The translations under genes and the position numbers were made by a program. A stretch of DNA of 64,000 nucleotides from an uncultured delta proteobacterium (GTDB taxonomy: Bacteria; Desulfobacterota; Binatia; Bin18). Below are positions 30,334-41,895 of this stretch, in pieces (positions within the stretch are counted from its first letter, which is position 1; each line of letters begins with the position of its first letter). The notes under the pieces are model-generated. The model saw only the letters and a program-made list of their open reading frames with translations. It searched no databases and was not told where the DNA came from. The stretch spans positions 64,001 through 128,000 of the forward strand of contig CAVTCR010000081.1 of the NCBI GenBank assembly GCA_963733195.1, written 5' to 3'.

Positions 30334-32253
30334 ATGAGTTCCCGTTCCCAAGAAATCACCATACAAGTTCAAAAGGGAGAACAACGTACCGTAGCTCTGG
30401 GGACTGTGGTGCGCGAACTCTTACCTCCCAACCGAAAAGATGTGATTGCCGCGAAAGTCAACGGCAAAGTCGTCGATTTATCTCACTCGTTAAATACAGA
30501 CTGCGCGATCGAGTTCATCCCGTTAGCATCGGTCGAGGGACTTGATGTTCTGCGCCACTCCTGTGCACACCTCATGGCTCAGGCTGTGAAACGCCTCTTT
30601 CCTAGTGTGCAGATCACTATTGGCCCAGTAATTGAGAACGGCTTTTATTACGATTTTAAGCATGAGCGTGCCTTCACTCCCGAGGATCTAGAGAAGATCG
30701 AAGCAGAGATGAAAAAAATCGTGGGAGAAAACTTCTCCATTGCGCGGGAAGAAGTTCCGCGCGATGATGCCGTTCGTCTTTTCCGTTCGATGGGTGAGGA
30801 CTTCAAGGCGGAGATTATCGCTGGCATTCCTGGAGATGAAGCGATATCGCTCTATCGACAAGGCGAGTTTGTTGACCTCTGTCGTGGTCCCCATTTACCT
30901 GCGACTGGTAATATTCCGGCGTTCAAACTGACGAGTGTTGCCGGAGCTTACTGGCGTGGAGACGAAAAGAACGAAATGTTGCAGCGGATCTACGGGACCG
31001 CGTTTGCGACAGAAAAGGATCTGCGACAACATCTCGCGCTCCTAGAGGAAGCGAAACGTCGTGATCATCGGAAGTTGGGCAAAGATCTCGACCTCTTCAT
31101 CTTTGATCCGATTGCGCCAGCAAGTCCGTTTTTTCTTCCCAAAGGGGCGTTCATTTATAACGAACTGATTGCGTACATTCGTGGTCTATATAAGCGTTAC
31201 GGCTATCAGGAGGTGCTGACTCCACAAATCTTCGATGTTGATTTGTGGCACCGATCCGGTCATTACGAGAATTACAAAGAGAATATTTTCTTTACCGAGA
31301 TCGAAGGACGAGAGTTCGGTGTCAAGCCGATGAACTGTCCTGGACACACTTACATTTACGCCGCGAAGAAACGGTCATATCGTGATCTGCCGATTCGGAT
31401 TGCTGATTTTGCTCGACTGCATCGCTTTGAGCGGTCTGGTGTGACCTCTGGGCTCACACGGGTTCGTTCCTTCTCTCAGGACGATGCTCATATTTTCTGT
31501 ACTCCAGAGCAGATCGAGACTGAAGTGAACGGGGTTCTGCGCATGATCAACGAGGTCTATCGAACCTTTGGTTTTGCAGAGATGCGCTTCAATCTCTCGA
31601 CTCGACCAGCAAAGCGCCTTGGCGAGGATGCGACATGGGATCGTGCAGAAGCAGCGCTTGCTGCGGCACTCAAAGCGAATCAGATTGATTACCGAGTGAA
31701 TGCTGGAGATGGAGCGTTCTACGGACCAAAGATCGATTGCATTGTCCTTGACGCTTTACGTAGACAGTGGCAGTTAGCGACTATTCAGCTTGATTTCATG
31801 ATGCCTGAGCGTTTTGACCTTGCATTTACCAATGCACAAGGAAGTGAAGTGCGGCCGGTGATGATTCATCGAGCAGTCTTAGGATCACTCGAACGCTTTC
31901 TTGGCGTACTGATCGAGCATTGTGGTGGCGATTTCCCATTATGGCTTGCCCCGGTGCAGGCCCGCCTCCTTACTGTGACTGATGCGCAGGAAGACTATGC
32001 GCGCAACGTCTGTGATCAGTTACAGCAGGCTGGTATTCGCGCTGAACTCGATTTACGGAACGAAAAGTTAGGTTATAAAATCCGTGAAGCCGAAGTGCAA
32101 AAAATTCCCTACATGGTTGTGATTGGCGATAAAGAAGTGAACACTGCAACAGTAGCGCCGCGGGGACGCAAAGGAGAAAAAATCCCTTCCCTCACGGTGT
32201 CAGAGTTGATTGCCCGTATCGCTACTGAATCTGTTCCAGGAGGTGAGCCATAG
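30334..32253 (+). CDS. thrS: Threonine--tRNA ligase
   Basis: HSCAHLMAQA, DLCRGPH, RDHRKLG, KPMNCP, GAFYGPK, MIHRA. Confidence 0.98.
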   Translation: MSSRSQEITIQVQKGEQRTVALGTVVRELLPPNRKDVIAAKVNGKVVDLSHSLNTDCAIEFIPLASVEGLDVLRHSCAHLMAQAVKRLFPSVQITIGPVIENGFYYDFKHERAFTPEDLEKIEAEMKKIVGENFSIAREEVPRDDAVRLFRSMGEDFKAEIIAGIPGDEAISLYRQGEFVDLCRGPHLPATGNIPAFKLTSVAGAYWRGDEKNEMLQRIYGTAFATEKDLRQHLALLEEAKRRDHRKLGKDLDLFIFDPIAPASPFFLPKGAFIYNELIAYIRGLYKRYGYQEVLTPQIFDVDLWHRSGHYENYKENIFFTEIEGREFGVKPMNCPGHTYIYAAKKRSYRDLPIRIADFARLHRFERSGVTSGLTRVRSFSQDDAHIFCTPEQIETEVNGVLRMINEVYRTFGFAEMRFNLSTRPAKRLGEDATWDRAEAALAAALKANQIDYRVNAGDGAFYGPKIDCIVLDALRRQWQLATIQLDFMMPERFDLAFTNAQGSEVRPVMIHRAVLGSLERFLGVLIEHCGGDFPLWLAPVQARLLTVTDAQEDYARNVCDQLQQAGIRAELDLRNEKLGYKIREAEVQKIPYMVVIGDKEVNTATVAPRGRKGEKIPSLTVSELIARIATESVPGGEP

Positions 32254-32762
32254 CCAAGGAAGCAGGAGTCCGGATCAACCAACAGATTCGTTCCCGTGAG
32301 GTCCGAGTAATCGACCAAGAAGGACAACAAGTCGGCGTCCTTCCTCTCGCAGAAGCACTTCGCCTAGCTGGCGCAAAAGAATTCGACCTTGTTGAGGTTT
32401 CTCCGACAGCAACGCCTCCAGTCTGTCGGATCATGGATTACGGCAAGTTTCGTTATCTGCAAAAGAAGAAAGTGCAGGAGTCCAGGAAACACTCAACACA
32501 AGTGTTGGTCAAAGAAGTGAAACTTGGTTCACGGACGAGTGACCATGATATCGATTTTAAAGTAGTTCATGTACGCCGTTTTCTGGAAAAGAAACAACGA
32601 GTGAAAGTCTCAGTTCTTTTTCGTGGTCGAGAAATTACCCACCCAGAATTAGGGAAAGACATGCTGGGGAAGTTCTTCGAGAAGGTACAAGACATTGGAG
32701 AACTCGAAGGGCAAGCGCGCTTAGAAGGGCGCAATATGTCAATTCTGATCGTACCGAGGTAA
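32250..32762 (+). CDS. infC: Translation initiation factor IF-3 (non-canonical ATA start)
   Basis: GGAGGTGAGCC-ATA-GCC; in frame [36 protein letters not shown]. Confidence 0.93.
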   Translation: MAKEAGVRINQQIRSREVRVIDQEGQQVGVLPLAEALRLAGAKEFDLVEVSPTATPPVCRIMDYGKFRYLQKKKVQESRKHSTQVLVKEVKLGSRTSDHDIDFKVVHVRRFLEKKQRVKVSVLFRGREITHPELGKDMLGKFFEKVQDIGELEGQARLEGRNMSILIVPR

Positions 32763-32767
32763 AGTAT

Positions 32768-32965
32768 ATGCCAAAGCTCAAAACCCGCCGCGGGGCGGCA
32801 AAACGCTTCAGAACGACTGGAACCGGAAAGGTTCGTCGGGCGAAAGCGTTCTTACGCCATCAACTCTCAGCGAAAACGCGCAAACAGAAACGGCACCTGC
32901 GCCAGACGACGCTAGTTGATGTGACTAACGAAAAAGCGATTAAGAAGTTGATTCCCTATAAGTAG
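32768..32965 (+). CDS. rpmI: 50S ribosomal protein L35
   Basis: [19 protein letters not shown]. Confidence 0.96.
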   Translation: MPKLKTRRGAAKRFRTTGTGKVRRAKAFLRHQLSAKTRKQKRHLRQTTLVDVTNEKAIKKLIPYK

Positions 32966-32985
32966 GAATGTAAGGAGACACAGTC

Positions 32986-33348
32986 ATGCCACGGGCAAAA
33001 CGCGGCTTCAAAGCACGCCGCCGTCACAAGAAGATCTTGAAACTTGCCAAAGGATTCACCGGTGGTCGGCGGAGACAGTACCGTCAAGCACGAGAAACCG
33101 TCGAACGCAGTTTAGTCTATGCATATCGGGATCGGAAGGCACGCAAACGCGACTTTCGTCGCTTGTGGATTACTCGGATTAATGCTGCAGCCCGACTCAA
33201 TGGGATCAATTATAACCAACTCATTCATGGCCTGGGACAGGCGAACGTTGAGATCGACCGTAAGATCCTCGCCGCACTGGCGATTGATGATCCGGGTGCA
33301 TTTACCGCTGTCGCCGATCTGGCGAAACAGCGACGCGCGGCAGCCTGA
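32986..33348 (+). CDS. rplT: 50S ribosomal protein L20
   Basis: [37 protein letters not shown]. Confidence 0.97.
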   Translation: MPRAKRGFKARRRHKKILKLAKGFTGGRRRQYRQARETVERSLVYAYRDRKARKRDFRRLWITRINAAARLNGINYNQLIHGLGQANVEIDRKILAALAIDDPGAFTAVADLAKQRRAAA

Positions 33349-33456
33349 GTTCAGCTTTGAGGTATGAGCACCGAGCGATGAGTAAAGAGAATGGAAGTAG
33401 CCTTCTCTTGCTCGATGCTCAGGGCTCGGACCTCGAACCTCTTTTCTTCCGATCCT

Positions 33457-34479
33457 ATGGAACACGAACTCGTACGTATCCGAGACGAAGCGTTGTCTGC
33501 CCTTGATGCTTGTAAAGATGAGGACGGACTTGAAGCAGTGCGGGTACGCTTTCTCGGGCGTAAGGGAGAACTCACCGGAGTTCTTCGTGGCATTGGTGAG
33601 CTACAACCTGAGCAACGACGCAAAATAGGCGAAACAGCAAACGAGATCAAAGTCCTGCTCGAAGAGCGGATCGTGAGCTTGAAGGCAGGATGGCAAGAGG
33701 CTCAGCGGACTCAAAGCCTTGCTGCCGAACGTATCGATATTACTATCCCTGGTAGGCGACGACCGCGCGGATCGCTGCACCCGTTGTTGCAAGTGATGGA
33801 CGATACGATCGCAATCTTTACGGCAATGGGGTTTGAAGTTGCGCGCGGTCCTGACATCGAAGACGACTACCATAACTTTGCTGCACTCAACATTCCGGCG
33901 GACCATCCTGCGCGAGAAATGCAGGATACCTTCTTTATTGCTCCCGAAGTGGTGTTACGAACCCACACCTCACCGGTGCAGATCCGGGTGATGGAGAGTC
34001 GTAAGCCGCCATTACAGATTATCGTGCCAGGCTGTGTTTATCGTTGCGATGATGATGTCACCCACTCGCCGATGTTCGTCCAACTCGAAGGGTTGATGGT
34101 TGGTTCTGATATCTGCTTCGCTCATCTCAAAGGAGTGCTGACCGCCTTTGTTCATGCCATGTATGGTTCAAGTACGCCGGTGCGTTTTCGGCCGAGTTAT
34201 TTCCCGTTTACTGAACCGAGTGCGGAAGTAGACATTGGTTGTGTGCTCTGTGGGGGAAGTAACGCCTCTTGTCCAGTATGTAAAGGTAGCGGGTGGATGG
34301 AAATCCTGGGGTCAGGCATGGTCCATCCCAATGTGTTCCGGGCGGTGGGATATGATCCCGAACAGGTTTCTGGATTTGCGTTCGGTATGGGTATCGATCG
34401 GATCGCGATGTTGCGCTACGGGATTGATAACATCAGATTATTCTACGAAGGAGATCTGCGGTTTTTGCGGCAGTTCTAG
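33457..34479 (+). CDS. pheS: Phenylalanine--tRNA ligase alpha subunit
   Basis: HPAREMQDTF, LRTHTSPVQ, THSPMF, YFPFTEPS, GFAFGMG. Confidence 0.97.
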   Translation: MEHELVRIRDEALSALDACKDEDGLEAVRVRFLGRKGELTGVLRGIGELQPEQRRKIGETANEIKVLLEERIVSLKAGWQEAQRTQSLAAERIDITIPGRRRPRGSLHPLLQVMDDTIAIFTAMGFEVARGPDIEDDYHNFAALNIPADHPAREMQDTFFIAPEVVLRTHTSPVQIRVMESRKPPLQIIVPGCVYRCDDDVTHSPMFVQLEGLMVGSDICFAHLKGVLTAFVHAMYGSSTPVRFRPSYFPFTEPSAEVDIGCVLCGGSNASCPVCKGSGWMEILGSGMVHPNVFRAVGYDPEQVSGFAFGMGIDRIAMLRYGIDNIRLFYEGDLRFLRQF

Positions 34480-34489
34480 AAAAAGTAAA

Positions 34490-34575
34490 TAGAGTCTAGG
34501 AGTCAAATACAGAGTCCAAGGTTCTCACGGATTACGTTTTACGCTTATTACGTATTACGTATCACGTTTCACGGT
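34490..34575. repeat. Heptamer tandem repeats between pheS and pheT
   Basis: AGAGTCT/AGAGTCC then TTACGTA TTACGTA TCACGTT TCACG. Confidence 0.6.
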
Positions 34576-34582
34576 CTTCCCC

Positions 34583-36980
34583 ATGAAAGTTTCCCTTAAT
34601 TGGCTTGCGCGAATTTGTGACGATTGAGCTTTCGCTTGATCGTTTAGCCAGTCGCTTGGCAATGGCTGGCCTTGAAGTCGACGATATTCGTGAGCAAGGG
34701 GCCGAGCCAATCCAAGTCGCACAGATTGTGCGGATCGATCCACATCCACAGTCTGACCACTTAACGATCTGCTACGTTACTCAGGGTGGAGAGACGCTTC
34801 CCGTTGTGTGCGGTGCGACCAACATGAAAGTTGGAGACAAAGTAGCCTTTGCTCCAGCCGGGACGACATTACCCGCTGGGCAGCACGTAGAACTGACAGA
34901 AATTCGCGGACAACAGTCGCATGGTATGTTGTGTTCTGAACAGGAACTTGGACTCTCAGATGATCACAGTGGATTATTGATTGTCGAAGAAGACGCTAAA
35001 CTTGGCGAAGAGTTGTACGCTCGTCTTGGACTGCGGGATACGATCCTTGATATTGCCATTACCCCGAATCGCGGTGACTGTCTGAGTGTGTTGGGTTTAG
35101 CGCGCGAAATCGCCGCACTCACCGGTGTCCCGCTGCTCGCGAAGCGGCTACGTGTACGAGAAGGGAAATCTGTAACGAGTGAGCAAGCCCGTGTTTCGAT
35201 TCTCGATGCTGATTTATGTCCTCGCTATGCCGCACGGATAGTAAATAATCTCCGTGTTATTCCTTCTCCGGCCTGGATGAAATGGCGACTCGAAGGCACT
35301 GGAGTGCGGGCGATTAACAGTATTGTGGATGTCACGAACTATGTGATGCTGGAACGTGGACAGCCCCTGCATGCGTTCGATCTGCCTTCTCTACATGGGC
35401 CAGAAATCATTGTCCGTCGTGCTCGTGACATTACCTCAATTACGACCCTCGACGGAAAAGAGCGGACGCTAGTCTCAGACGACTTGCTGATTTGTGATCG
35501 TGATCGCGCCGTCGCTGTGGCTGGAGTCATGGGAGGTTCAAATTCTGAAGTCCACGACCAAACGACAGTGACCTTCCTTGAAAGTGCTTATTTTATTCCA
35601 GAAACAGTTCGTCGTACTGCTCGTCGGTTAGGATTACGAAGTGAAGCTTCGTATCGTTTCGAGCGTGGAGTCGATCCTCAAGGTACTCTTCTCGCCTTAG
35701 ATCGCGCAGCAGATCTTCTTGCGCAGATTTCAGAGGGGAAGGTAAGTCGTGGAATTATTGACGTCTGTCCACAACCATTGCTTCCGACAACTATTCCTCT
35801 GCGTGGACAACGTGTCTCGCGTTTCCTCGGTATGCCGGTCGAGGCAAAAGACGTCGAACACTGCATACACACTTTGGGAGCCAAGGTTAAACGCAGTCGG
35901 GGTGGAACCTGGAATGTGACGGTTCCCTCGTATCGCTCTGACCTTACTCAAGAGGTAGACCTGATTGAAGAAGTCGCGCGGCTCAGGGGCTATGAAACGA
36001 TTCCAACGCTCTTACCGCGAGCAGAAGCACACGAAAGAACCCTGGATGATGAGGGGAATTGGGTACGGCGTATTCGTGCCTGCCTTGCCGCACAGGGACT
36101 TTCCGAGGTGCTGAGCCTGAGCTTCACCTCGGCACAGCTCAATCGGTTGTTTGCGGGGACCAGCTCAACGTCTCCTATTCCATTACTAAATCCCCTTTCT
36201 GCTGAAAGTGCAGAAATGCGCGTGAGCTTGCTTGGTAATCTCATGCGAGTACTCCAACACAACCTTCATCAGGGAGAGAGTGGCGTGACGGTGTTCGAGA
36301 TTGGCAAAGTATTTTTGGGTGCCCAGGAAACACCAGATGGACGGCAAGAACGATTACATGTTGCTGGAGTGCTCTATGGGAATTGGCCGGCAAGCGGTTT
36401 ACAGAAACCAACACCGATCGAGTTTGCCGATCTCAAGGGAGTGTTAGAAGCGCTCTGGCAAGAGCTACGCTGTGAGGAAAAAATTCGTTGGGAGCGAGCG
36501 ACGACCGTCCCGTTTCTCCACCCAGGAAAAGCGACGACGATTCTGATTGATGGTACTGTATGTGGTGTGGCTGGGGCGGTGCATCCGAATCATTGTCGCG
36601 CACTTGATCTCACGGTAAACCCATGGGTGTTTGAAATTGATCTTGCGCCTTTGTTTCCCCACGCGCGCACCGCGGTTCGCTATCAGCAACTACCGCGCTT
36701 TCCAACGACTGTTCGTGATGTCGCTCTGGTAGCAGATGAAACCTTGCCGGTACAGGCGGTGATTGATGCAGTCCGTTCTTTAGCGAATCCTCTGATTGTT
36801 GAGGTCCGTTTGTTCGATCAATACCGAGGGAACTCCATTCCGCAAAACAAACAGAGCCTTGCCTATTCCATTGCATATAGAGCGACGGATCGTACCCTTA
36901 CTGCACTTGAAGTGAATGCTCTACACTCACAGATCATTGCCCATCTCGCGCAAACCCTTGATGTTGAGGTGCGAGCGTAA
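34583..36980 (+). CDS. pheT: Phenylalanine--tRNA ligase beta subunit (frameshift near 34605)
   Basis: MKVSLNWL/REFV, VCGATN, TPNRGDCLS, GQPLHAFD, RFERGVD, DLIEEVAR, FDX-ACB C-terminus. Confidence 0.96.
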
Positions 36981-37106
36981 CAATTCCCGGGAGAAAGATC
37001 TCCGTCACGGAAGGAAGAAAGTTTCTCTTAGTGCCTCCCTGGACTTTCCTTCTCGCATAGTCCAGTGCTACAAGGAAGGGAAAATTCCTTGTCGGCCAGG
37101 AGTGAC

Positions 37107-37503
37107 GTGGCGCAACAAGTAGAGCTGCCGAATAAACTCTATTTCCGGATTGGTGAAGTCGCAAAGATTGTTGGGGTTAAGCCTTACGTTTTGCGCTACT
37201 GGGAGACCGAGTTTTCCATCCTGAAACCAGGAAAGACGCCCTCTCGGCATCGTCTCTATCGTCGCCGGGATGTTGAAATGCTCTTAGAAATAAAGACGCT
37301 CCTATACGAAGATGGTTTCACCATTGCGGGAGCGAAGAAAAAACTCAAAGAGAGCGAGAACGAGAGAGAGGATGAGAAAGACGTCCTCGCCGACCGTTCC
37401 CCTTGAACAGACGATTGCTGTACTTCCCCAAAGTCAGAATCATCTTCATCTTTTACGTGCCATCCGAGATGATCTCCTAATGCTATATAACATGCTCACA
37501 TAG
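37107..37503 (+). CDS. MerR family regulator (pheT-associated); probable frameshift near 37400
   Basis: [49 protein letters not shown]; tail LLRAIRDDL in another frame. Confidence 0.88.
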
Positions 37504-37681
37504 CGTTTTTCCTGCGAAATATCTTTTTCCTTCCGTTTTTGCGCAGAAAAGTTGCGCCGATTTTCTCCGATATGGTACTATGATCCTTCTTGCCATTATT
37601 AATGGCAAGAATCTTTTCCCATTTAGAATCAGATATTTATTCGTGTATACGACAAGATTTCATTAATAAAGCGGAGGACGA

Positions 37682-38857
37682 ATGACGTGGCGGATTAAGA
37701 TGTGGAGGTGGATTGGAGTGGCGATTGGAGGAATACTCGCCTTCTTACTAGATGGAACGATCGGTCAAAGTCTTGCGTATAAGACAAAAGAGACGCAGGT
37801 CTCGCGACAGCTTCCTCGTGCAGAGAAAAAAGCGGCACCACGGCTGATACAAGGCAAACAGAAAGAGAACCTTCGTGTATTGACCCTCCGGAGTTCTGAC
37901 CCTCGGCGACCTCGATCTCACGTACGACCTCGCATCCAGAAGCGGAAATCTGTACGGCAACTCAAACGCCGAGCTCCTGTCGCACGGGAAGTCGTGCAGC
38001 TTTTCGATCCAGAACCAGGCAAAGATTTCCAGTCGATGTTATTGGCAGATGCGGAGACTGGACAACTGCTTCTGGCTGAAAATATTAACAAGCAGTGGCC
38101 CACTGCCTCCCTAGCAAAGATGATGGTCGGACTTTTGGCAATGGAGGACCTAGAGCGAGAGCGGTTGTCGTTGCAAACTCCGGTTGTGATTAGTTCCCGC
38201 GCAAGCCGCGCCCGTGGGAGGACGATTAACCTCCGTCCGGGTGAAGTTTTTCCTTTAGGAGAGCTTCTGCAAGCTATGCTGGTGACATCAGCGAACGACG
38301 CTACCGTTGCAGTAGCAGAACATATTCACGGGTCAGTTGAAGCGTGCGTTGCTGCGATGAATCAAAAAGCTCGTGCGCTGGGAATGAAGAAAACCAGATA
38401 TCAAACTGTTAATGGGATGCCTCTGCCCGGTGGTGGTGCTGGAGACGTATCCTCTGCCCGGGATTCGGCTGTCTTAGGCATGGAACTCATTAGATACCAT
38501 CGTGTCTTACGCTGGACTTCCCTTGACCATGTCCCGTTCCGCGATGGGATGGCAATGTTGCCAAATACGAATCACCTTGTTGGTCGTGTTGATGGAGTGA
38601 ACGGACTAAAGACAGGTTTTACGGTTAGGGCTCGGTACAATCTTGTGGCGACGGCTCAACGTGGAGAGAAAAGCCTCATCGTTGTTGTCCTCGGCGGTAG
38701 GAATAGCCGGGTGCGGTTCAAAGCGGCTGAGGAGTTCCTAGAATGGGGATTCTCCCACGATAATCGCCGAACTGAATTTTCCGATGAGAGCAGAGAGTTA
38801 GAGGATGGTTTCCGGGTGAGGCCGGCAGTTGTTGACCACGATGAATCTCTGTTCTAG
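37682..38857 (+). CDS. D-alanyl-D-alanine carboxypeptidase (peptidase S11)
   Basis: ASLAK (SxxK), SAND (SxN), GLKTGFT; N-terminal TM and basic linker. Confidence 0.9.
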   Translation: MTWRIKMWRWIGVAIGGILAFLLDGTIGQSLAYKTKETQVSRQLPRAEKKAAPRLIQGKQKENLRVLTLRSSDPRRPRSHVRPRIQKRKSVRQLKRRAPVAREVVQLFDPEPGKDFQSMLLADAETGQLLLAENINKQWPTASLAKMMVGLLAMEDLERERLSLQTPVVISSRASRARGRTINLRPGEVFPLGELLQAMLVTSANDATVAVAEHIHGSVEACVAAMNQKARALGMKKTRYQTVNGMPLPGGGAGDVSSARDSAVLGMELIRYHRVLRWTSLDHVPFRDGMAMLPNTNHLVGRVDGVNGLKTGFTVRARYNLVATAQRGEKSLIVVVLGGRNSRVRFKAAEEFLEWGFSHDNRRTEFSDESRELEDGFRVRPAVVDHDESLF

Positions 38858-38992
38858 TTGGGATAATTCGCGATAATCTTAAAGTCCCAATCTTCTTCTT
38901 TGCCGGAGGACCTTGCAATTTACTAAAAGATGCATACCTTGCATTGTCCCTTAATTTTATCGCGAACACAGTAGGTGAAAGGAGAGTACAGG

Positions 38993-40639
38993 ATGGCGAA
39001 GAAGCTCGTCTACCTGCATGACAAGGCACGGGAGGGAATCCTCCAGGGGGTTAACTTGCTAGCCGACGCGGCGCAAGTGACGCTTGGTCCACGTGGGCGT
39101 AACGTTTTGTTACAAAAGAGCTTTGGCGCTCCGTTGGTAACTAAGGACGGGGTAACGGTTGTCAAAGAGATTGAACTCGAAGACAAGTTCCAAAACATGG
39201 GCGCCAAGATGATCCGTGAGGTAGCCAGCAAAACTTCAGACACCGCTGGTGACGGTACCACGACTGCAACTGTGTTGTCGCGTGCGATCCTCCGCGAGGG
39301 TATTCGTCTGCAGAGTGCTGGGTTTGACCCTATGGAACTGAAACGTGGGATCGATACAGCAGTAGAGAAAGTAATTGAGGGTATAAAAGAACAAAGCCGT
39401 ACCGTCCGAGGGAAAGAACAGATTGCCCAAGTCGGAACCATTGCGGCCAATGGTGAGAGTACGATCGGTGAGATTGTGGCTGAAGCAATGGATAAAGTCG
39501 GGAAGGAAGGCGTCATCACCATCGAAGAAGGCAAAACTTTGGAGACGACACTTGATGTTGTCGAAGGCATGCGTTTCGATCGTGGATACCTGTCCCCGTA
39601 CTTCGTGACCCATCCAGAAAAAATGACTACAGAGCTGGAAGATCCCTATATCCTCTTCCATGAAAAGAAGATTTCTAACCTCCGCGAAGTCCTCCCGCTG
39701 CTGGAAAAAATCGCTCAGAGTGGTCGCGCACTCCTCATTATTGCAGAAGATGTAGACGGAGAGGCACTTGCTGCCTTAGTGGTCAATAAGCTACGTGGTA
39801 CCCTGCGATGTGCGGCAGTGAAAGCTCCTGGGTTTGGTGATCGGCGCAAGGCTATGCTGGAAGACATAGCGATTCTGACCTCGGGAAAAGTCATTGCCGA
39901 AGAGCTCGGGATCAAACTGGAGAATCTTGCGTTGAGTGACCTTGGTCGCTGCAAACGCGTGATTATCGATAAGGACAACACCATCATCGTCAGTGGTGCA
40001 GGCAAAAAGGACGCGATTCAAAGCCGAGTTCAACAGCTCCGCACCCAGACTGAAGAAACGACATCTGATTACGATCGAGAGAAACTGCAAGAGCGCCTGG
40101 CAAAACTCGCCGGTGGGGTTGCTGTCATTAAAGTCGGTGCAGCAACTGAAGTGGAAATGAAGGAACGCAAAGCGCGGGTGGACGATGCAATGCATGCGAC
40201 TAAAGCTGCAGTAGAAGAGGGGATTGTTCCTGGTGGTGGAGTAGCGTTAGTGCGTGCGCAAAAGAAGCTTGATGGGTTGAAGTTTGGTGATGGTCGTGAC
40301 CAGGGAGTCGCTATCGTTCGACGCGCTATCGAAGAGCCGTTACGACAAATTGCGGCAAACGCAGGATCTGAAGCCTCTGTCGTTATTAGTAAAGTACGTG
40401 AGGGGAAAGACGACTACGGGTTCAACGCCGCGAGTGAGAAATTCGAGAACCTACTGAAAGCTGGCGTGCTTGATTCAGCAAAAGTTGTGCGCACGGCGCT
40501 TCAAAATGCAGCGAGTGTCGCCGGCCTCATGATTACAACTGAAGCTGCGGTCGCCGATCAACCAGAAAAGAAGCAAGCTCCTGCCGGTGGTGGGCATCAT
40601 GGCCACAGTCATGATGACGACTTCGGCGATGACTATTAG
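38993..40639 (+). CDS. groL: Chaperonin GroEL with His/Asp-rich C-terminal tail
   Basis: [40 protein letters not shown]; tail [17 protein letters not shown]. Confidence 0.97.
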   Translation: MAKKLVYLHDKAREGILQGVNLLADAAQVTLGPRGRNVLLQKSFGAPLVTKDGVTVVKEIELEDKFQNMGAKMIREVASKTSDTAGDGTTTATVLSRAILREGIRLQSAGFDPMELKRGIDTAVEKVIEGIKEQSRTVRGKEQIAQVGTIAANGESTIGEIVAEAMDKVGKEGVITIEEGKTLETTLDVVEGMRFDRGYLSPYFVTHPEKMTTELEDPYILFHEKKISNLREVLPLLEKIAQSGRALLIIAEDVDGEALAALVVNKLRGTLRCAAVKAPGFGDRRKAMLEDIAILTSGKVIAEELGIKLENLALSDLGRCKRVIIDKDNTIIVSGAGKKDAIQSRVQQLRTQTEETTSDYDREKLQERLAKLAGGVAVIKVGAATEVEMKERKARVDDAMHATKAAVEEGIVPGGGVALVRAQKKLDGLKFGDGRDQGVAIVRRAIEEPLRQIAANAGSEASVVISKVREGKDDYGFNAASEKFENLLKAGVLDSAKVVRTALQNAASVAGLMITTEAAVADQPEKKQAPAGGGHHGHSHDDDFGDDY

Positions 40640-40808
40640 TCGCTGACTCATTTTCTGCTCTACGCGCGAGCTTCTGGGGGGAAACTATTCAGATATGGGA
40701 ACAGCATGCCGTACCCATACCACACATTTGCCGCCTCGAGGTTTGAGTGAGCGACAAAATTGTGGCAAAATAGAGAAATCAATGTATCTAACGAAGGGGG
40801 TAAGCAGG

Positions 40809-41070
40809 ATGAGGGACTTTTGGCGGATTGGCCACAGGCGTTGCCGCAGTGGCCCTACTTGCAGTTGTTAATATTGGTTGTGCAACACAGCGCGAAGTGA
40901 AAGACACCTGGACTGATGCGTCTAACCGCTCAAGTCAATCGGCCAGCCGTGCAGAAGATGCTGCCAGGCGTGCCGAAGCCGCAGCTGCACGTGTAGAGGT
41001 AGCATCGAAGAAATGTGAAGATGCAGCGGCTCGAATCGAAGCAATGACGACAAAAAGTATGAGAAAGTAA
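40809..41070 (+). CDS. Lpp/OprI-like alanine-zipper lipoprotein, copy 1 (frameshift in signal peptide)
   Basis: MRDFWRIG/TGVAAVALLAVVNIGC lipobox-like; Ala-rich heptads; C-terminal MRK. Confidence 0.75.
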
Positions 41071-41105
41071 GACAGACATCGCTGGAGAGGTAAGGGGTAA
41101 ACGCA

Positions 41106-41369
41106 ATGAAGACGTATAAGAGAATAGGGACAGCCGTTACCGCTGCTGCCCTGTTAGCGATGGTCAATGCTGGGTGTGCGACGAAGCAGCCTGAAGTGAG
41201 AGACACGTGGACAGATTCTGCAAATAGATCAGCTACGGCAGCGAGTCGAGCAGAGGATGCCGCGAAACGTGCTGAGGCTGCAGCTGCGCGTATGGAAGCC
41301 GCTGCTCAGAAAGTCGAGAACGTTGCCGGGAAGTACAACTCAACGCTGGAGAGGTCTTTTAATAAGTAA
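41106..41369 (+). CDS. Lpp/OprI-like alanine-zipper lipoprotein, copy 2
   Basis: LLAMVNAGC lipobox-like; DTWTDSANRS..ASRAEDAA shared with copy 1; C-terminal Lys. Confidence 0.8.
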   Translation: MKTYKRIGTAVTAAALLAMVNAGCATKQPEVRDTWTDSANRSATAASRAEDAAKRAEAAAARMEAAAQKVENVAGKYNSTLERSFNK

Positions 41370-41391
41370 ATCTCACTAGGAATCCAGTAAG

Positions 41392-41428
41392 GGCGGCCTC
41401 GTTTCCCGAGAGGCCGCCTTTCTTTTTT
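41392..41428 (+). terminator. Rho-independent terminator
   Basis: GGCGGCCTC / GAGGCCGCC stem followed by TTTCTTTTTT. Confidence 0.85.
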
Positions 41429-41888
41429 ATGATCTGCTAAATGCTCCAGCCGTGTGTGCAGCTATAGCTTCTGTAGAAGACACCGTTTGAGGACGGTCAC
41501 GTTTAGCATCCACGATACAAAAGAAGCCAAACGGCTCATCGTTCACAGCTTGGAACTGATGCGGAGTCCACGGAGCTACATATACCGTATCAAACGGATT
41601 TAGCTCATACGCAGTAGCATCGAGGATCGCCCGGCCTTTTCCCCTGACGACAACGACGACATGTGCATGCTCGTGTTTTTCGAGGCTCGAGTACCCACCC
41701 GGAGCAACCTCAAAGTAACGCAGGTGAAAGGCAGTAGATTCTCCACCTTTCCCAACGAGTACCTGCCGTACAATTCCCTGCCAATCACGTCCTTCTTCCT
41801 GGCTGGATTTATACACCTCACGCTCGACGCCTTCCCAACCGGGTCCGTCCTGAAAGCGTGTGATTCGTGTCTCTGATTTCGCCATCAT
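41427..41888 (-). CDS. Cupin domain protein
   Basis: LRYFEVAPGGYSSLEKHEHAH, PWTPHQF, FGFFCIVD. Confidence 0.88.
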   Translation of the reverse strand: MMAKSETRITRFQDGPGWEGVEREVYKSSQEEGRDWQGIVRQVLVGKGGESTAFHLRYFEVAPGGYSSLEKHEHAHVVVVVRGKGRAILDATAYELNPFDTVYVAPWTPHQFQAVNDEPFGFFCIVDAKRDRPQTVSSTEAIAAHTAGAFSRS

Positions 41889-41895
41889 TCAGTCA

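Noticed and set aside
39010-40195. Long antisense ORFs over groEL and other conserved genes
   Set aside because: Shadow ORFs caused by codon bias on the coding strand
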